NCBI GenBank assembly: GCA_037133915.1
Contig: JBAXND010000008.1
Location: 16,564 to 80,563 of the forward strand
Direction of reading: 5' to 3'
Length of the DNA: 64,000 bases
DNA from: Bacteroidota bacterium
GTDB lineage: Bacteria; Bacteroidota; Bacteroidia; Bacteroidales; CAIWKO01
Of this stretch, positions 35,467-43,843 are shown piece by piece. Position numbers and translations under genes: made by a program. Within the stretch, counting starts at the first letter, position 1; every line of letters starts with the position of its first letter. The notes under the pieces are model-generated. The model was not told the DNA's origin and made no database searches. It saw only the letters and a program-made list of their open reading frames with translations.

Positions 35467-35937
35467 TTATTTAATAGTCGCCAATATTTTCTCAATGCCA
35501 TTTTGTAAAACCACAGTATGGTCAAACGCCAATCCGGGCAAATTATTCACACTGAACCATCTCGCTTCCGAAGCATCGTCACCGGCTATAATTGTCGGCA
35601 TGTCTGATTTAAAAATGGTATAATAGATAACGCTTATCGTTCTTCCTCTGGGGTCGCGTCCCGGTGTGCCCACGGTAAAAAGCTGTTTAATGTTTGCCGG
35701 TATGATGCCGGTTTCTTCCTGCAGTTCTCGCAAGGCAGCAGCTTCCAGGTCCTCATTCATATCTACAAAACCCCCCGGAAGTGCCCACAAATTTTTATAA
35801 GGGTTGTTTTTTCTTTTTATCAGAAGAACTTTGAAATTTTCAGACTCACCATGCAAGACAATGCAGTCGGTGGTTACCATTGGTCTCGGATAATCATACG
35901 TGTACTGCATGATTTTGCTGAATGATATTTGTATCAT
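35467..35937 (-). CDS. NUDIX hydrolase
   Basis: The Nudix box GGFVDMNEDLEAAALRELQEETG is present. An alternative and perhaps likelier start is MQYTYDYPRP at 35910. Confidence 0.85.
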   Translation of the reverse strand: MIQISFSKIMQYTYDYPRPMVTTDCIVLHGESENFKVLLIKRKNNPYKNLWALPGGFVDMNEDLEAAALRELQEETGIIPANIKQLFTVGTPGRDPRGRTISVIYYTIFKSDMPTIIAGDDASEARWFSVNNLPGLAFDHTVVLQNGIEKILATIK

Positions 35938-35942
35938 AAAAA

Positions 35943-35968
35943 AGCCGCAGATAAAAAGGTCTGCGGCT
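35943..35968 (-). terminator. Hairpin terminator downstream of rny
   Basis: AGCCGCAG-ataaaaaggt-CTGCGGCT forms an 8-bp stem, flanked by A-run/T-run on both sides, 13 nt after the rny stop. Confidence 0.65.
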
Positions 35969-35980
35969 TTTTTTAAAAAA

Positions 35981-37525
35981 TTACTTAGCGTAGCTGATAG
36001 CCCGCGTTTCCCGAATAACGGTAACTTTAACCTGTCCCGGATACGTCATTTCCGTTTGTATCTTGGTCGAAATATCGGTAGCCAGTTGAATGGCTTCGTT
36101 ATCTGTAACTTTTTCAGCGCCTACAATCACTCTAAGCTCACGACCTGCCTGAATGGCGTATGTTTTCACAACACCTTCATACGAAAGAGCAAGTTGTTCC
36201 AAATCTTTAAGGCGGTTGATGTAGCTTTCCACAATTTCTCTGCGCGCACCCGGTCTGGCACCGCTGATGGCATCACATATCTGAACGATGGGAGCGAGCA
36301 GGGTGGTCATTTCCACTTCTTCGTGGTGAGAACCAATAGCGTTGCATACTTCGGGCTTTTCCTTGAAGCGTTCGGCAAGCTGCATCCCTAAAACTGCATG
36401 TGGTAATTCCGGCTCATTGTCAGGAACTTTACCTATGTCATGAAGCAGTCCTGCCCTTTTTGCCAGTTTAGAATTTAATCCGAGTTCTGAAGCCATGGTG
36501 GCGCACAGGTTGGCAACTTCGCGCGAATGCTGCAGGAGGTTTTGTCCGTATGATGAACGATATTTCATTTTACCGACCAGACGGACCAGTTCATGATGCA
36601 TCCCGTGTATGCCAAGGTCGATGGTGGTGCGTTTTCCAACTTCCACAATCTCCTGTTCAATTTGTTTCTTTGTTTTAGCTACGACTTCTTCGATACGTGC
36701 CGGATGAATGCGACCGTCGGTAACGAGTTGATGCAGCGACAGACGTGCAATTTCTCTGCGTACCGGATCAAATCCGCTGATGATGATGGCATCGGGCGTA
36801 TCATCAATAATAACTTCAACGCCAATGGCGGCTTCCAGCGCTCTGATATTTCTGCCTTCGCGACCAATAATGCGGCCTTTTATCTCGTCATTTTCTATAG
36901 GGAATACCGATACGGTATTTTCAATGGCATGCTCGGCAGCAGTGCGTTGTAAGGTTTTGATAACAATCTTTTTTGCTTCAAGATTCGCTGTCATTTTTGC
37001 TTCCTCAACAATCTCACGGATATGTGAAGCTGCTTCAGCCTGAGCATTGCCTTTGAGGGTTTCAACAAGCTGCTGTTTGGCTTCATTGGCCGACAGCCCT
37101 GAAATGGCTTCCAGCTGCTCTATCTGCTGATTGTGTGAGCGGTCAACTTCTGCTTGTTTTTTATTGAGGAGGTCGAGTTGATTATTGAGGTTTTCACGTA
37201 CAGTTGTCAGTTCCTTTTCTTTACGAGTGAGTTCTTCAAGCTTTTGTGAAAGTGTCTGTTCCTTCTGTTTAATGCGGTTTTCATTCTTAAGGGCTATATT
37301 GTTCTTTTCGGTAATTGCCTTTTCATGTTCTGCTTTAAGCTGAAGGAATTTTTCGCGTGCCTGAAGTATTTTTTCTTTTTTCATTACTTCGGCTTCACTC
37401 TCGGCATCTTTAATAATATGCCCTGCTTTCTTTTCGATGGCCTTCCTGATAATTGTACCGGTAACCAGGCCTCCAATTGCCAGTCCGCCGATAACAGAAA
37501 TCAGGATAAAAATGATTAGATTCAT
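35981..37525 (-). CDS. rny: Ribonuclease Y
   Basis: 514 aa with an N-terminal TM helix and a long coiled coil. It has a KH domain ([12 protein letters not shown]) and an HD domain (LLHDIGK...GSHHE). Confidence 0.95.
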   Translation of the reverse strand: MNLIIFILISVIGGLAIGGLVTGTIIRKAIEKKAGHIIKDAESEAEVMKKEKILQAREKFLQLKAEHEKAITEKNNIALKNENRIKQKEQTLSQKLEELTRKEKELTTVRENLNNQLDLLNKKQAEVDRSHNQQIEQLEAISGLSANEAKQQLVETLKGNAQAEAASHIREIVEEAKMTANLEAKKIVIKTLQRTAAEHAIENTVSVFPIENDEIKGRIIGREGRNIRALEAAIGVEVIIDDTPDAIIISGFDPVRREIARLSLHQLVTDGRIHPARIEEVVAKTKKQIEQEIVEVGKRTTIDLGIHGMHHELVRLVGKMKYRSSYGQNLLQHSREVANLCATMASELGLNSKLAKRAGLLHDIGKVPDNEPELPHAVLGMQLAERFKEKPEVCNAIGSHHEEVEMTTLLAPIVQICDAISGARPGARREIVESYINRLKDLEQLALSYEGVVKTYAIQAGRELRVIVGAEKVTDNEAIQLATDISTKIQTEMTYPGQVKVTVIRETRAISYAK

Positions 37526-37603
37526 AATTAGTGGTTTTTATATAGGTTTAGGTGATTTTTATATTTGTAATAGTTGAATATTAATAACGACAGAAAATAA
37601 AAA

Positions 37604-37797
37604 ACCCGCGATAATCAGGGAGTTTAGTATAAACCCCAAAAAAGACATGGATAGGGCTGCCAGATTTTTTCGGATTTCCAATGTCCCCGAAACGAGGAGC
37701 CCGGCATAACCGGGATAAGGCCTATCCTATCTATCATGAGCTTCACCCTAATTGAACTTGTGTTGAGTTTATCAAACTTAATTGAATTACCGCGGGT
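37604..37797 (-). ncRNA. Candidate structured RNA, possibly 6S-like (ssrS)
   Basis: A 194-nt non-coding element between zapA and rny on their strand. The 5' ACCCGCGGTAAT pairs with the 3' ATTATCGCGGGT (12 bp, one G-U), closing the whole element, and is followed by U5-A-U4. Internal hairpins include CCCGG-uuaug-CCGGG and UCCUCG-uuu-CGGGGA, and GGAUAGG can pair with CCUAUCC. No covariance model was run. Confidence 0.35.
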
Positions 37798-37836
37798 AAA
37801 TCTTAATATTTTGGTTCAAAGAACGTTTTGGCAGTT

Positions 37837-38118
37837 TTACTGCTCGTCAAGGATTGTTATAATGGACTGAAGGCCTGTTGTTATTTCAGTTTTGTTTTCG
37901 GCTATCAGTTTCTCGAGGTTCAGGGAACTTGTGGTGTATTGCAGGGCAACCATCGCAAGCAAATCCTGCCTGTCCTTGAATGCATAAGACCTTGCGTACT
38001 CTTTAACTTTCTCATCTATAAGCTTTGAAGCCTTACGCACCGTTTCTTCTTCCTCCTTTTCAATCGTAAGTTTGTAATTCCTGTCGGCGATTGAAACTGT
38101 TATCGAAAATTCACTCAT
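37837..38118 (-). CDS. zapA: Cell division protein ZapA
   Basis: 93 aa starting MSEFSITVSIADRNYKLTIEKEEEE...DRQDLLAMVALQY, the typical ZapA pattern. It sits upstream of rny, as is common in Bacteroidota. Confidence 0.8.
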   Translation of the reverse strand: MSEFSITVSIADRNYKLTIEKEEEETVRKASKLIDEKVKEYARSYAFKDRQDLLAMVALQYTTSSLNLEKLIAENKTEITTGLQSIITILDEQ

Positions 38119-38138
38119 TTTTTTCGTGCGTTGTCCAA

Positions 38139-38426
38139 CTACTTATTTAATAAATTAATGCATTTGTCAACTTCTCTGATCAGCTCATTTATTTTCAACT
38201 TGGCGCGGGTAGTATCTTTTCCTTTTCCCAAGCCCTGGGCTATCTTCAGCATTTTTATTTTTTCTTCCAATTGCCTGATCTGACCGTCTTGTTGTCCAAT
38301 TATAGCTTGCAACCGAACTTTTTCGTCTGCTAATCTGGAATTTTCAGACTCATAACGTAAAAGCTTAACTTTTAAATTGCGTGCCCTATCTTCAATATTT
38401 TTGATGAGTAAACCAAGGTCTTTCAT
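38139..38426 (-). CDS. Hypothetical coiled-coil protein
   Basis: 95 aa, heptad-rich (LRYESENSRLADEKVRLQAII...QLEEKIKMLK), 20 nt upstream of zapA on the same strand. Confidence 0.5.
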   Translation of the reverse strand: MKDLGLLIKNIEDRARNLKVKLLRYESENSRLADEKVRLQAIIGQQDGQIRQLEEKIKMLKIAQGLGKGKDTTRAKLKINELIREVDKCINLLNK

Positions 38427-38544
38427 TGAAACTCAACACAAATAATAATTGACAAAAATACAACATACTTGTGTGTGTTTGCAAGTTTTTTTAACTATTA
38501 ATTAAAATCTGTATGCCCAAACAACAGGTTTGATGATTTTTCTA

Positions 38545-38552
38545 TATTTTTG
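38545..38552 (+). promoter_or_regulatory. Candidate -7 promoter box for the DUF2851 gene
   Basis: TATTTTTG lies 16 nt upstream of the ATG at 38568. It overlaps the track's TTG start at 38550, which argues for the ATG. Confidence 0.4.
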
Positions 38553-38567
38553 AAAGAAAAAACTACT

Positions 38568-39842
38568 ATGATAAACGAGGAATTTCTTTCCTATGTTTGG
38601 CGGTTTCGCCTATGCGGTTCAATTTTAAAAACCACTGATGGTGAGGAAGTTGAAGTGCTTCATCCCGGTCATCTGAATACTGATTCAGGTCCTGATTTTA
38701 CAAACGCAAGGGTTCGGATTGCGGATACACTTTGGGCAGGAAATATTGAAATTCATGTAAATGCTTCCGACTGGAAAAAACATGGACATCAAGATGACGA
38801 TGCATATAATACTGTTATTCTTCACGTTGTGTATAATGCTGACGCAACTTCAGCTGATATCGGCTGCGCATTTTTTCCAACCATAGAGTTAGCCGGCACA
38901 TTTGATTATCAGCTTCTCCAAAGATATGAAGGGATGCAATCGGGGAGGTCATGGATTCCCTGTGCCGCCGGTCTAAATAGCGTTGAGCCTTTTATTATCC
39001 AATCGTGGTTGAATAATCTTGTTTTTGAACGATTTGCAATGAAAACAGATGCTGTAATTAATGAACTGAATTCACGGCAAGGCGATTGGGAGCAATGTTT
39101 TTATATTTATAATGCCCGTGCTTTTGGATTTGGATTGAATGCCCAACCCTTTGAATTGCTGGCTCGTTCGCTTCCTTTGCAAATACTCGCCCGGCATAAG
39201 GACGATATTTTTCAGCTTGAAGCTTTGTTGTTCGGGCAGGCCGGATTATTGCACCAGGAGTTTACCGATGATTACCCTGTGCTGCTGCAGAAAGAGTATT
39301 TTTTTCTTCGTAATAAATGGCAATTGCAGCCTTTGCCCGGACACACCTGGAAATTTCACCGCCTCAGACCGGCAGGATTTCCAACATTGCGTCTGGCACA
39401 ATTTGCATCTTTGATTTATAAGTCGTCCTCAATGCTTTCTGAAGTACTTGAATGCACCGATATCACCCAACTGACAGCGCTTTTTGATACCGGGGTATCC
39501 GATTACTGGCTGACGCATTATAATTTTGACGCACCCACTTCAAGGGGGAGCCGGAAAATGAGCAGAGCATTCACAGATATAGTTATCCTCAATGCGGTAG
39601 TTCCCTTTTTATTCGCTCTGGGCAGAATAAAAGACGACATTCGTTTTACAGACAGGGCACTTTCGCTGCTTGACGAACTTCCGGTAGAGAAAAATAATAT
39701 CACACAGAAGTTTGATGATTGCGGTATTAAATCGGGCTCGGCATTACAATCACAGGCACTGCTGCAGCTTAAGAATGCTTACTGCAATAATAAACGATGC
39801 CTTGATTGCCGCATCGGGCATACCTTGCTCAATACCCGATAA
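38568..39842 (+). CDS. DUF2851 family protein
   Basis: The N-terminus MINEEFLSYVWRFRL, and GPDF...IEIHV..SDW..HGH, match my recollection of the DUF2851 family pattern. The C-terminus has CLDCRIG. Confidence 0.7.
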   Translation: MINEEFLSYVWRFRLCGSILKTTDGEEVEVLHPGHLNTDSGPDFTNARVRIADTLWAGNIEIHVNASDWKKHGHQDDDAYNTVILHVVYNADATSADIGCAFFPTIELAGTFDYQLLQRYEGMQSGRSWIPCAAGLNSVEPFIIQSWLNNLVFERFAMKTDAVINELNSRQGDWEQCFYIYNARAFGFGLNAQPFELLARSLPLQILARHKDDIFQLEALLFGQAGLLHQEFTDDYPVLLQKEYFFLRNKWQLQPLPGHTWKFHRLRPAGFPTLRLAQFASLIYKSSSMLSEVLECTDITQLTALFDTGVSDYWLTHYNFDAPTSRGSRKMSRAFTDIVILNAVVPFLFALGRIKDDIRFTDRALSLLDELPVEKNNITQKFDDCGIKSGSALQSQALLQLKNAYCNNKRCLDCRIGHTLLNTR

Positions 39843-39927
39843 TATAGAATTAAGCTCAACGATACCAGGGTATTGAGCCGTGAAAAATCGGAGCCTCAAT
39901 TAAGGTGTCAAAACCAATCTTTTTAAG

Positions 39928-39935
39928 TAATTTTG
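39928..39935 (+). promoter_or_regulatory. Candidate -7 promoter box for the channel gene
   Basis: TAATTTTG lies 47 nt upstream of the ATG at 39982. Confidence 0.35.
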
Positions 39936-39981
39936 TATAATAATCTCAGACCACGTCTTAGGCAATACATAACAATTCAAT

Positions 39982-41004
39982 ATGGCAGTGCGCATAAATA
40001 TCTTTGGTACCCGAAAATTGCTGACCGCACTGCTGTTGTTTATACTTGTGCTTACGTTTGGCGTTGTCGGCTATTCTGTTATTGAAGGATTCCGGTTTCT
40101 GGACGCACTTTACATGACGGTTATAACTGTTGGAACAGTTGGTTTTAAAGAGGTTCATGAATTGTCGGATGGCGGAAAGATTTTTACAATTATCCTGATA
40201 ATAACAAGTATTGGTATTGTCACTTACACCTTGTCGGTAGTGGCTGCTCATTTTATTGAGGGTAATTTACGAAGCGTTTTCAGAGAACTCAAGAAAAAGT
40301 CAGGGATAAAGAAAATGGAAAATCACATTATTATTTGTGGATACGGTCGTAACGGCAAACAGGCTGTTGCAGAGCTTAAGGCGCATCGTCGTCCGTTTGT
40401 TGTTATTGATAACAAACACGATGTGGTTATTGCTAATGATGATAACACGATTTTAATCATTGAAGGCGATTCTACAGAAGATGATGTACTCATACGTGCC
40501 GGCGTAAAAACTGCCAAAGCTTTGATTACTACACTGCCAAATGATGCTGATAATCTCTTTGTGGTACTTTCGGCGCGGTCGCTGAATCCCAAACTGATTA
40601 CAGTAAGCCGCGCCGCTGACGACAGTGCTGAGCGGAAATTGTATAAGGCCGGTGTAAATAATGTTGTGATGCCCGAACGTGTGGGCGGCGCCCATATGGT
40701 TTCTCTGGTTGTGAATCCTGATGTTGTTGATTTTCTTGATTACATTTCAGTACATGGTAAAGATGAAACCAATCTAGTGGAAATAACGTGTAATTGCCTT
40801 TCGGAAAAATTCAGAAATAAATCCATACGGGAGTTGGAAATTCGCATAAAAACCGGTGCCAATATTATCGGATTCAAAACACCTGATGGCGAATATACCA
40901 TTAACCCCATTCCCGATACCGTGCTGATGCCCGATTCGAAGTTATTCGTACTGGGCACTCCCGAGCAAATACGTATGATGAAAGAAATTCTTGTGAAGGG
41001 TTAA
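39982..41004 (+). CDS. Two-TM pore ion channel with RCK (TrkA-N/TrkA-C) domains, K+ channel family
   Basis: 340 aa laid out as TM1, pore helix (FLDALYMTVITVGTVGFKEV), TM2. The Rossmann segment is HIIICGYGRNGKQA, and there is a C-terminal TrkA-C-like domain. Confidence 0.8.
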   Translation: MAVRINIFGTRKLLTALLLFILVLTFGVVGYSVIEGFRFLDALYMTVITVGTVGFKEVHELSDGGKIFTIILIITSIGIVTYTLSVVAAHFIEGNLRSVFRELKKKSGIKKMENHIIICGYGRNGKQAVAELKAHRRPFVVIDNKHDVVIANDDNTILIIEGDSTEDDVLIRAGVKTAKALITTLPNDADNLFVVLSARSLNPKLITVSRAADDSAERKLYKAGVNNVVMPERVGGAHMVSLVVNPDVVDFLDYISVHGKDETNLVEITCNCLSEKFRNKSIRELEIRIKTGANIIGFKTPDGEYTINPIPDTVLMPDSKLFVLGTPEQIRMMKEILVKG

Positions 41005-41020
41005 TAATTAATTATTTTCG

Positions 41021-41428
41021 ATGAAAATCAAACATATTGTTATCCTTATCGCTTTAGTTGCAGCCATCGGCGTAGTGATTAGCCTTACCTACAAGCCCGA
41101 TACCTATTCCGATTTTGCGCAGGCAGCCCGATACCCTCAAAGAGATTTCAGTATCATCGGAAGCCTTGAACGCGACAAGGTTTTTGGAAATGATACCCTT
41201 GACGGGATAATCTATTTTTCATTTTTCATGAAAGACAGCAAAAACCTGGTAAAACAGGTCTATTACAGAGGCGCTGAACCTCAGGATTTTATTAAGCTGG
41301 AACAAGTTGTGGTTACCGGGAAAATGACCGGTGAGCATTTTATTGCATCGTCAATGGTGCTGAAGTGCCCATCAAAATACAATAATAAAAATGTGCCTGA
41401 AGAGTTTGGTGAAAAGGAATTCAGGTAG
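41021..41428 (+). CDS. CcmE-like (cytochrome c maturation chaperone family) membrane-anchored protein
   Basis: 135 aa with an N-terminal TM anchor and an OB-fold-like body. The conserved Bacteroidota CcmE-like ending VVVTGKM...FIASSMVLKCPSKY is present. The assignment is from memory of the family pattern. Confidence 0.5.
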   Translation: MKIKHIVILIALVAAIGVVISLTYKPDTYSDFAQAARYPQRDFSIIGSLERDKVFGNDTLDGIIYFSFFMKDSKNLVKQVYYRGAEPQDFIKLEQVVVTGKMTGEHFIASSMVLKCPSKYNNKNVPEEFGEKEFR

Positions 41429-41431
41429 CCT

Positions 41432-41959
41432 TTATTTCTGAAATTCAACATCGAAATCATCAACGAATGCGATGTTGTTGTTCGGATTCCAAACGTAGAT
41501 ACTGATGCGGTCATCGGGTTTAATATCTGCCGGCAAAGTATATGCGGCGTTAATATTTGTCCATTCATCCGCTTTCTTAACCTGGTCTTTCAAATCCAAA
41601 CCTGCCCAAAAAATATTTTTCCCATTATTGTCAATGCTGATCACGAGGTTAGTGGTAATGCCGGTTTTCTTAAATAAGGTCCAAAAATTAATATTTACCC
41701 GTGTCGGGAGAAAGGTTGAATCAATATTTTTGAACGTTTGGCAAGGACCATAGCTAAAACGGTTCGTAGTATCAATTTTAGAACAACGACTCCCTGTATG
41801 ACCGAATCCGGAAATTACTGTGTGCTGATTCATCCAAACGTCATCTTCCATTGAACTGCGCATTTTTGCAGAAGTAGGCCTGTTTACCGGAGTTTCTTCT
41901 TCGCATGCAACTAATGCCATAATTACCATGGCAATCAATAATGTACTTAGTCTTTTCAT
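41432..41959 (-). CDS. Hypothetical lipoprotein
   Basis: 175 aa with a signal peptide and lipobox MVIMALVAC. Confidence 0.5.
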   Translation of the reverse strand: MKRLSTLLIAMVIMALVACEEETPVNRPTSAKMRSSMEDDVWMNQHTVISGFGHTGSRCSKIDTTNRFSYGPCQTFKNIDSTFLPTRVNINFWTLFKKTGITTNLVISIDNNGKNIFWAGLDLKDQVKKADEWTNINAAYTLPADIKPDDRISIYVWNPNNNIAFVDDFDVEFQK

Positions 41960-42051
41960 TATTTTACGTGTTAATGTGCAAAAGTATAAATTAATGTCAA
42001 ATTTGCAATAATTACTGTTTGATTGTGTTTTTCGAAAATCGCGTCCCGGTT

Positions 42052-42765
42052 TTATAAAGTTATGCCCACATTAAAACCCAGCGTGAATTTCAGATGACCA
42101 CTATAAATAAGCCCGAATTTTGTTATATCAATAATTTTTGTAGCGCCCGGGATGTGCTCACTCCATTTGTTATTTTTATATCCCGGACCGAGAAAAAAAT
42201 CAATCGCCACTTTATTGGCTGCAATTACCTGAGCTCCAAATAAAATATTTACATTGAAATGACTTCCTGAATAGTAATCGGCGGTATTTCCTTTTTCAAA
42301 TATACGGGCACTTGACCATGAGGAATGAAGCGCGAGATACGGCCCTTCAGGTCGTAAGTTCTTTTTAATGAAATAGAATTTGTAGGCAGCCTGGACCCTG
42401 TAACCATTGACTGAAAGTACCGGTTGCCCTTTGTTTTGGGAAGATTTTTCAGATAATATCAATAACATACTTTTGCCAAGATACGATGCGCCGATACTTA
42501 AAGATTGCCCTCGGGTGGTCATGAATTCGCCGACCAATCGGTATTCGGCGGTATATGGGACGTTTCCCCAGATAATCGGAAGAATATTGGTTTTAATCAC
42601 CATGCCGATAGGATGCATTTTTTCGAACTTTTTCTTCAGAAGCGTATCGCGTCCGTCGTTATTATGCTGGGCCTGGACGTCAGGGGGCATGAGCATGCCG
42701 ATTGCGAAAAACACCAATAACAGGCTTTTTGAAAGATGCTGCACGATGTTTGCCGGTCTTCGCAA
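42052..42765 (-). CDS. Hypothetical outer-membrane beta-barrel-like protein
   Basis: 237 aa with signal peptide ...MPPDVQAQ. The alternating beta-strand pattern ends LKFTLGFNVGITL. Confidence 0.45.
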   Translation of the reverse strand: MRRPANIVQHLSKSLLLVFFAIGMLMPPDVQAQHNNDGRDTLLKKKFEKMHPIGMVIKTNILPIIWGNVPYTAEYRLVGEFMTTRGQSLSIGASYLGKSMLLILSEKSSQNKGQPVLSVNGYRVQAAYKFYFIKKNLRPEGPYLALHSSWSSARIFEKGNTADYYSGSHFNVNILFGAQVIAANKVAIDFFLGPGYKNNKWSEHIPGATKIIDITKFGLIYSGHLKFTLGFNVGITL

Positions 42766-42776
42766 TTGATGTCGGA

Positions 42777-43790
42777 TTAAGTTCTGGTATAGGGTGATGT
42801 GTTTTGTGCTGCAAAACGATTTGAAATATACTTATAATATCCGGTTACGGCGACCATGGCGGCATTATCAGTAGAATAAACGGTTGCAGGAATATATGCT
42901 GTCCACTTATTTTCTGCCTGCCCTTGCAGCAGTGCCGAACGCAATGCTGAATTTGCCGAAACGCCGCCCGAAACTGCGACGTGAGTGATGCCTGTTTTTC
43001 TGACAGCGTTTTCGAGTTTTCCGGTGAGTATTTTTACGATGGAATACTGAAGCGAAGCACAGAGGTTGGCAAGGTTTTCTTCAATAAAATTTGGATTAAT
43101 TTTTAAATGATCGCGAACAAGGTAAAGGAAGGATGTTTTCAGTCCGCTGAAGCTGAAATCGAGCTCTCCAACGGCAGGTTCGGGAAGTGTGAATGCATGC
43201 GGATTTCCGCCAAGGGCATTCTTATCAACCATCTGTCCGCCAGGATACGGAAGCCCTAGAATTTTGGCTCCTTTGTCAAATGCTTCGCCGGCCGCGTCAT
43301 CAATGGTTTGACCAATAACCTCCATTTCGAAATGGCTTTTTACAAGAATGATTTGTGTATGTCCGCCCGAAACAACCAAACAGAGAAAGGGGAATGGCGG
43401 AATCGCTTTATCATTTCCTTGTTCCACAATAAAGTGAGACAGAACATGGGCATGGATATGGTCGACCTCGATGAGTGGAATTCCTAAGCCAAGAGCAAAG
43501 GCTTTTGCGAAAGAAGTACCCACAAGCAATGAACCCAGCAGCCCCGGACCGCGTGTAAAGGCAACTGCATGTATGTTTTTTTTGTTTATTTTTGCTTTAA
43601 TTAGGCATTGCTCAATTACGGGGATAATGTTTTGCTGATGTGCGCGTGAAGCGTATTCGGGTACAACGCCTCCGTAAAGCCGATGAATATCCTGACCGGC
43701 AATGACGTTAGACAACATGACATTGTCACAGAAAACAGCTGCAGCCGTATCATCGCAAGAAGATTCAATGCCTAAAATATATATACTCAT
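42777..43790 (-). CDS. tsaD: tRNA N6-adenosine threonylcarbamoyltransferase
   Basis: 337 aa with ILGIESSCDDTAAAV, the metal site HIHAHVLSH, and VSGGVSANSALR. Confidence 0.95.
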   Translation of the reverse strand: MSIYILGIESSCDDTAAAVFCDNVMLSNVIAGQDIHRLYGGVVPEYASRAHQQNIIPVIEQCLIKAKINKKNIHAVAFTRGPGLLGSLLVGTSFAKAFALGLGIPLIEVDHIHAHVLSHFIVEQGNDKAIPPFPFLCLVVSGGHTQIILVKSHFEMEVIGQTIDDAAGEAFDKGAKILGLPYPGGQMVDKNALGGNPHAFTLPEPAVGELDFSFSGLKTSFLYLVRDHLKINPNFIEENLANLCASLQYSIVKILTGKLENAVRKTGITHVAVSGGVSANSALRSALLQGQAENKWTAYIPATVYSTDNAAMVAVTGYYKYISNRFAAQNTSPYTRT

Positions 43791-43843
43791 GAAACGTTAC
43801 TCATTTAAACGAGACCAAAAATATTAAAAAATTCCGGACTATA

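Noticed and set aside
39827-39878. An 11-bp perfect inverted repeat (GCTCAATACCC ... GGGTATTGAGC) at the end of the DUF2851 gene, considered as a terminator.
   Set aside because: The loop is ~30 nt, there is no U-run after the stem, and the first arm lies inside the coding region. The structure is plausible, but I did not list it as a feature.
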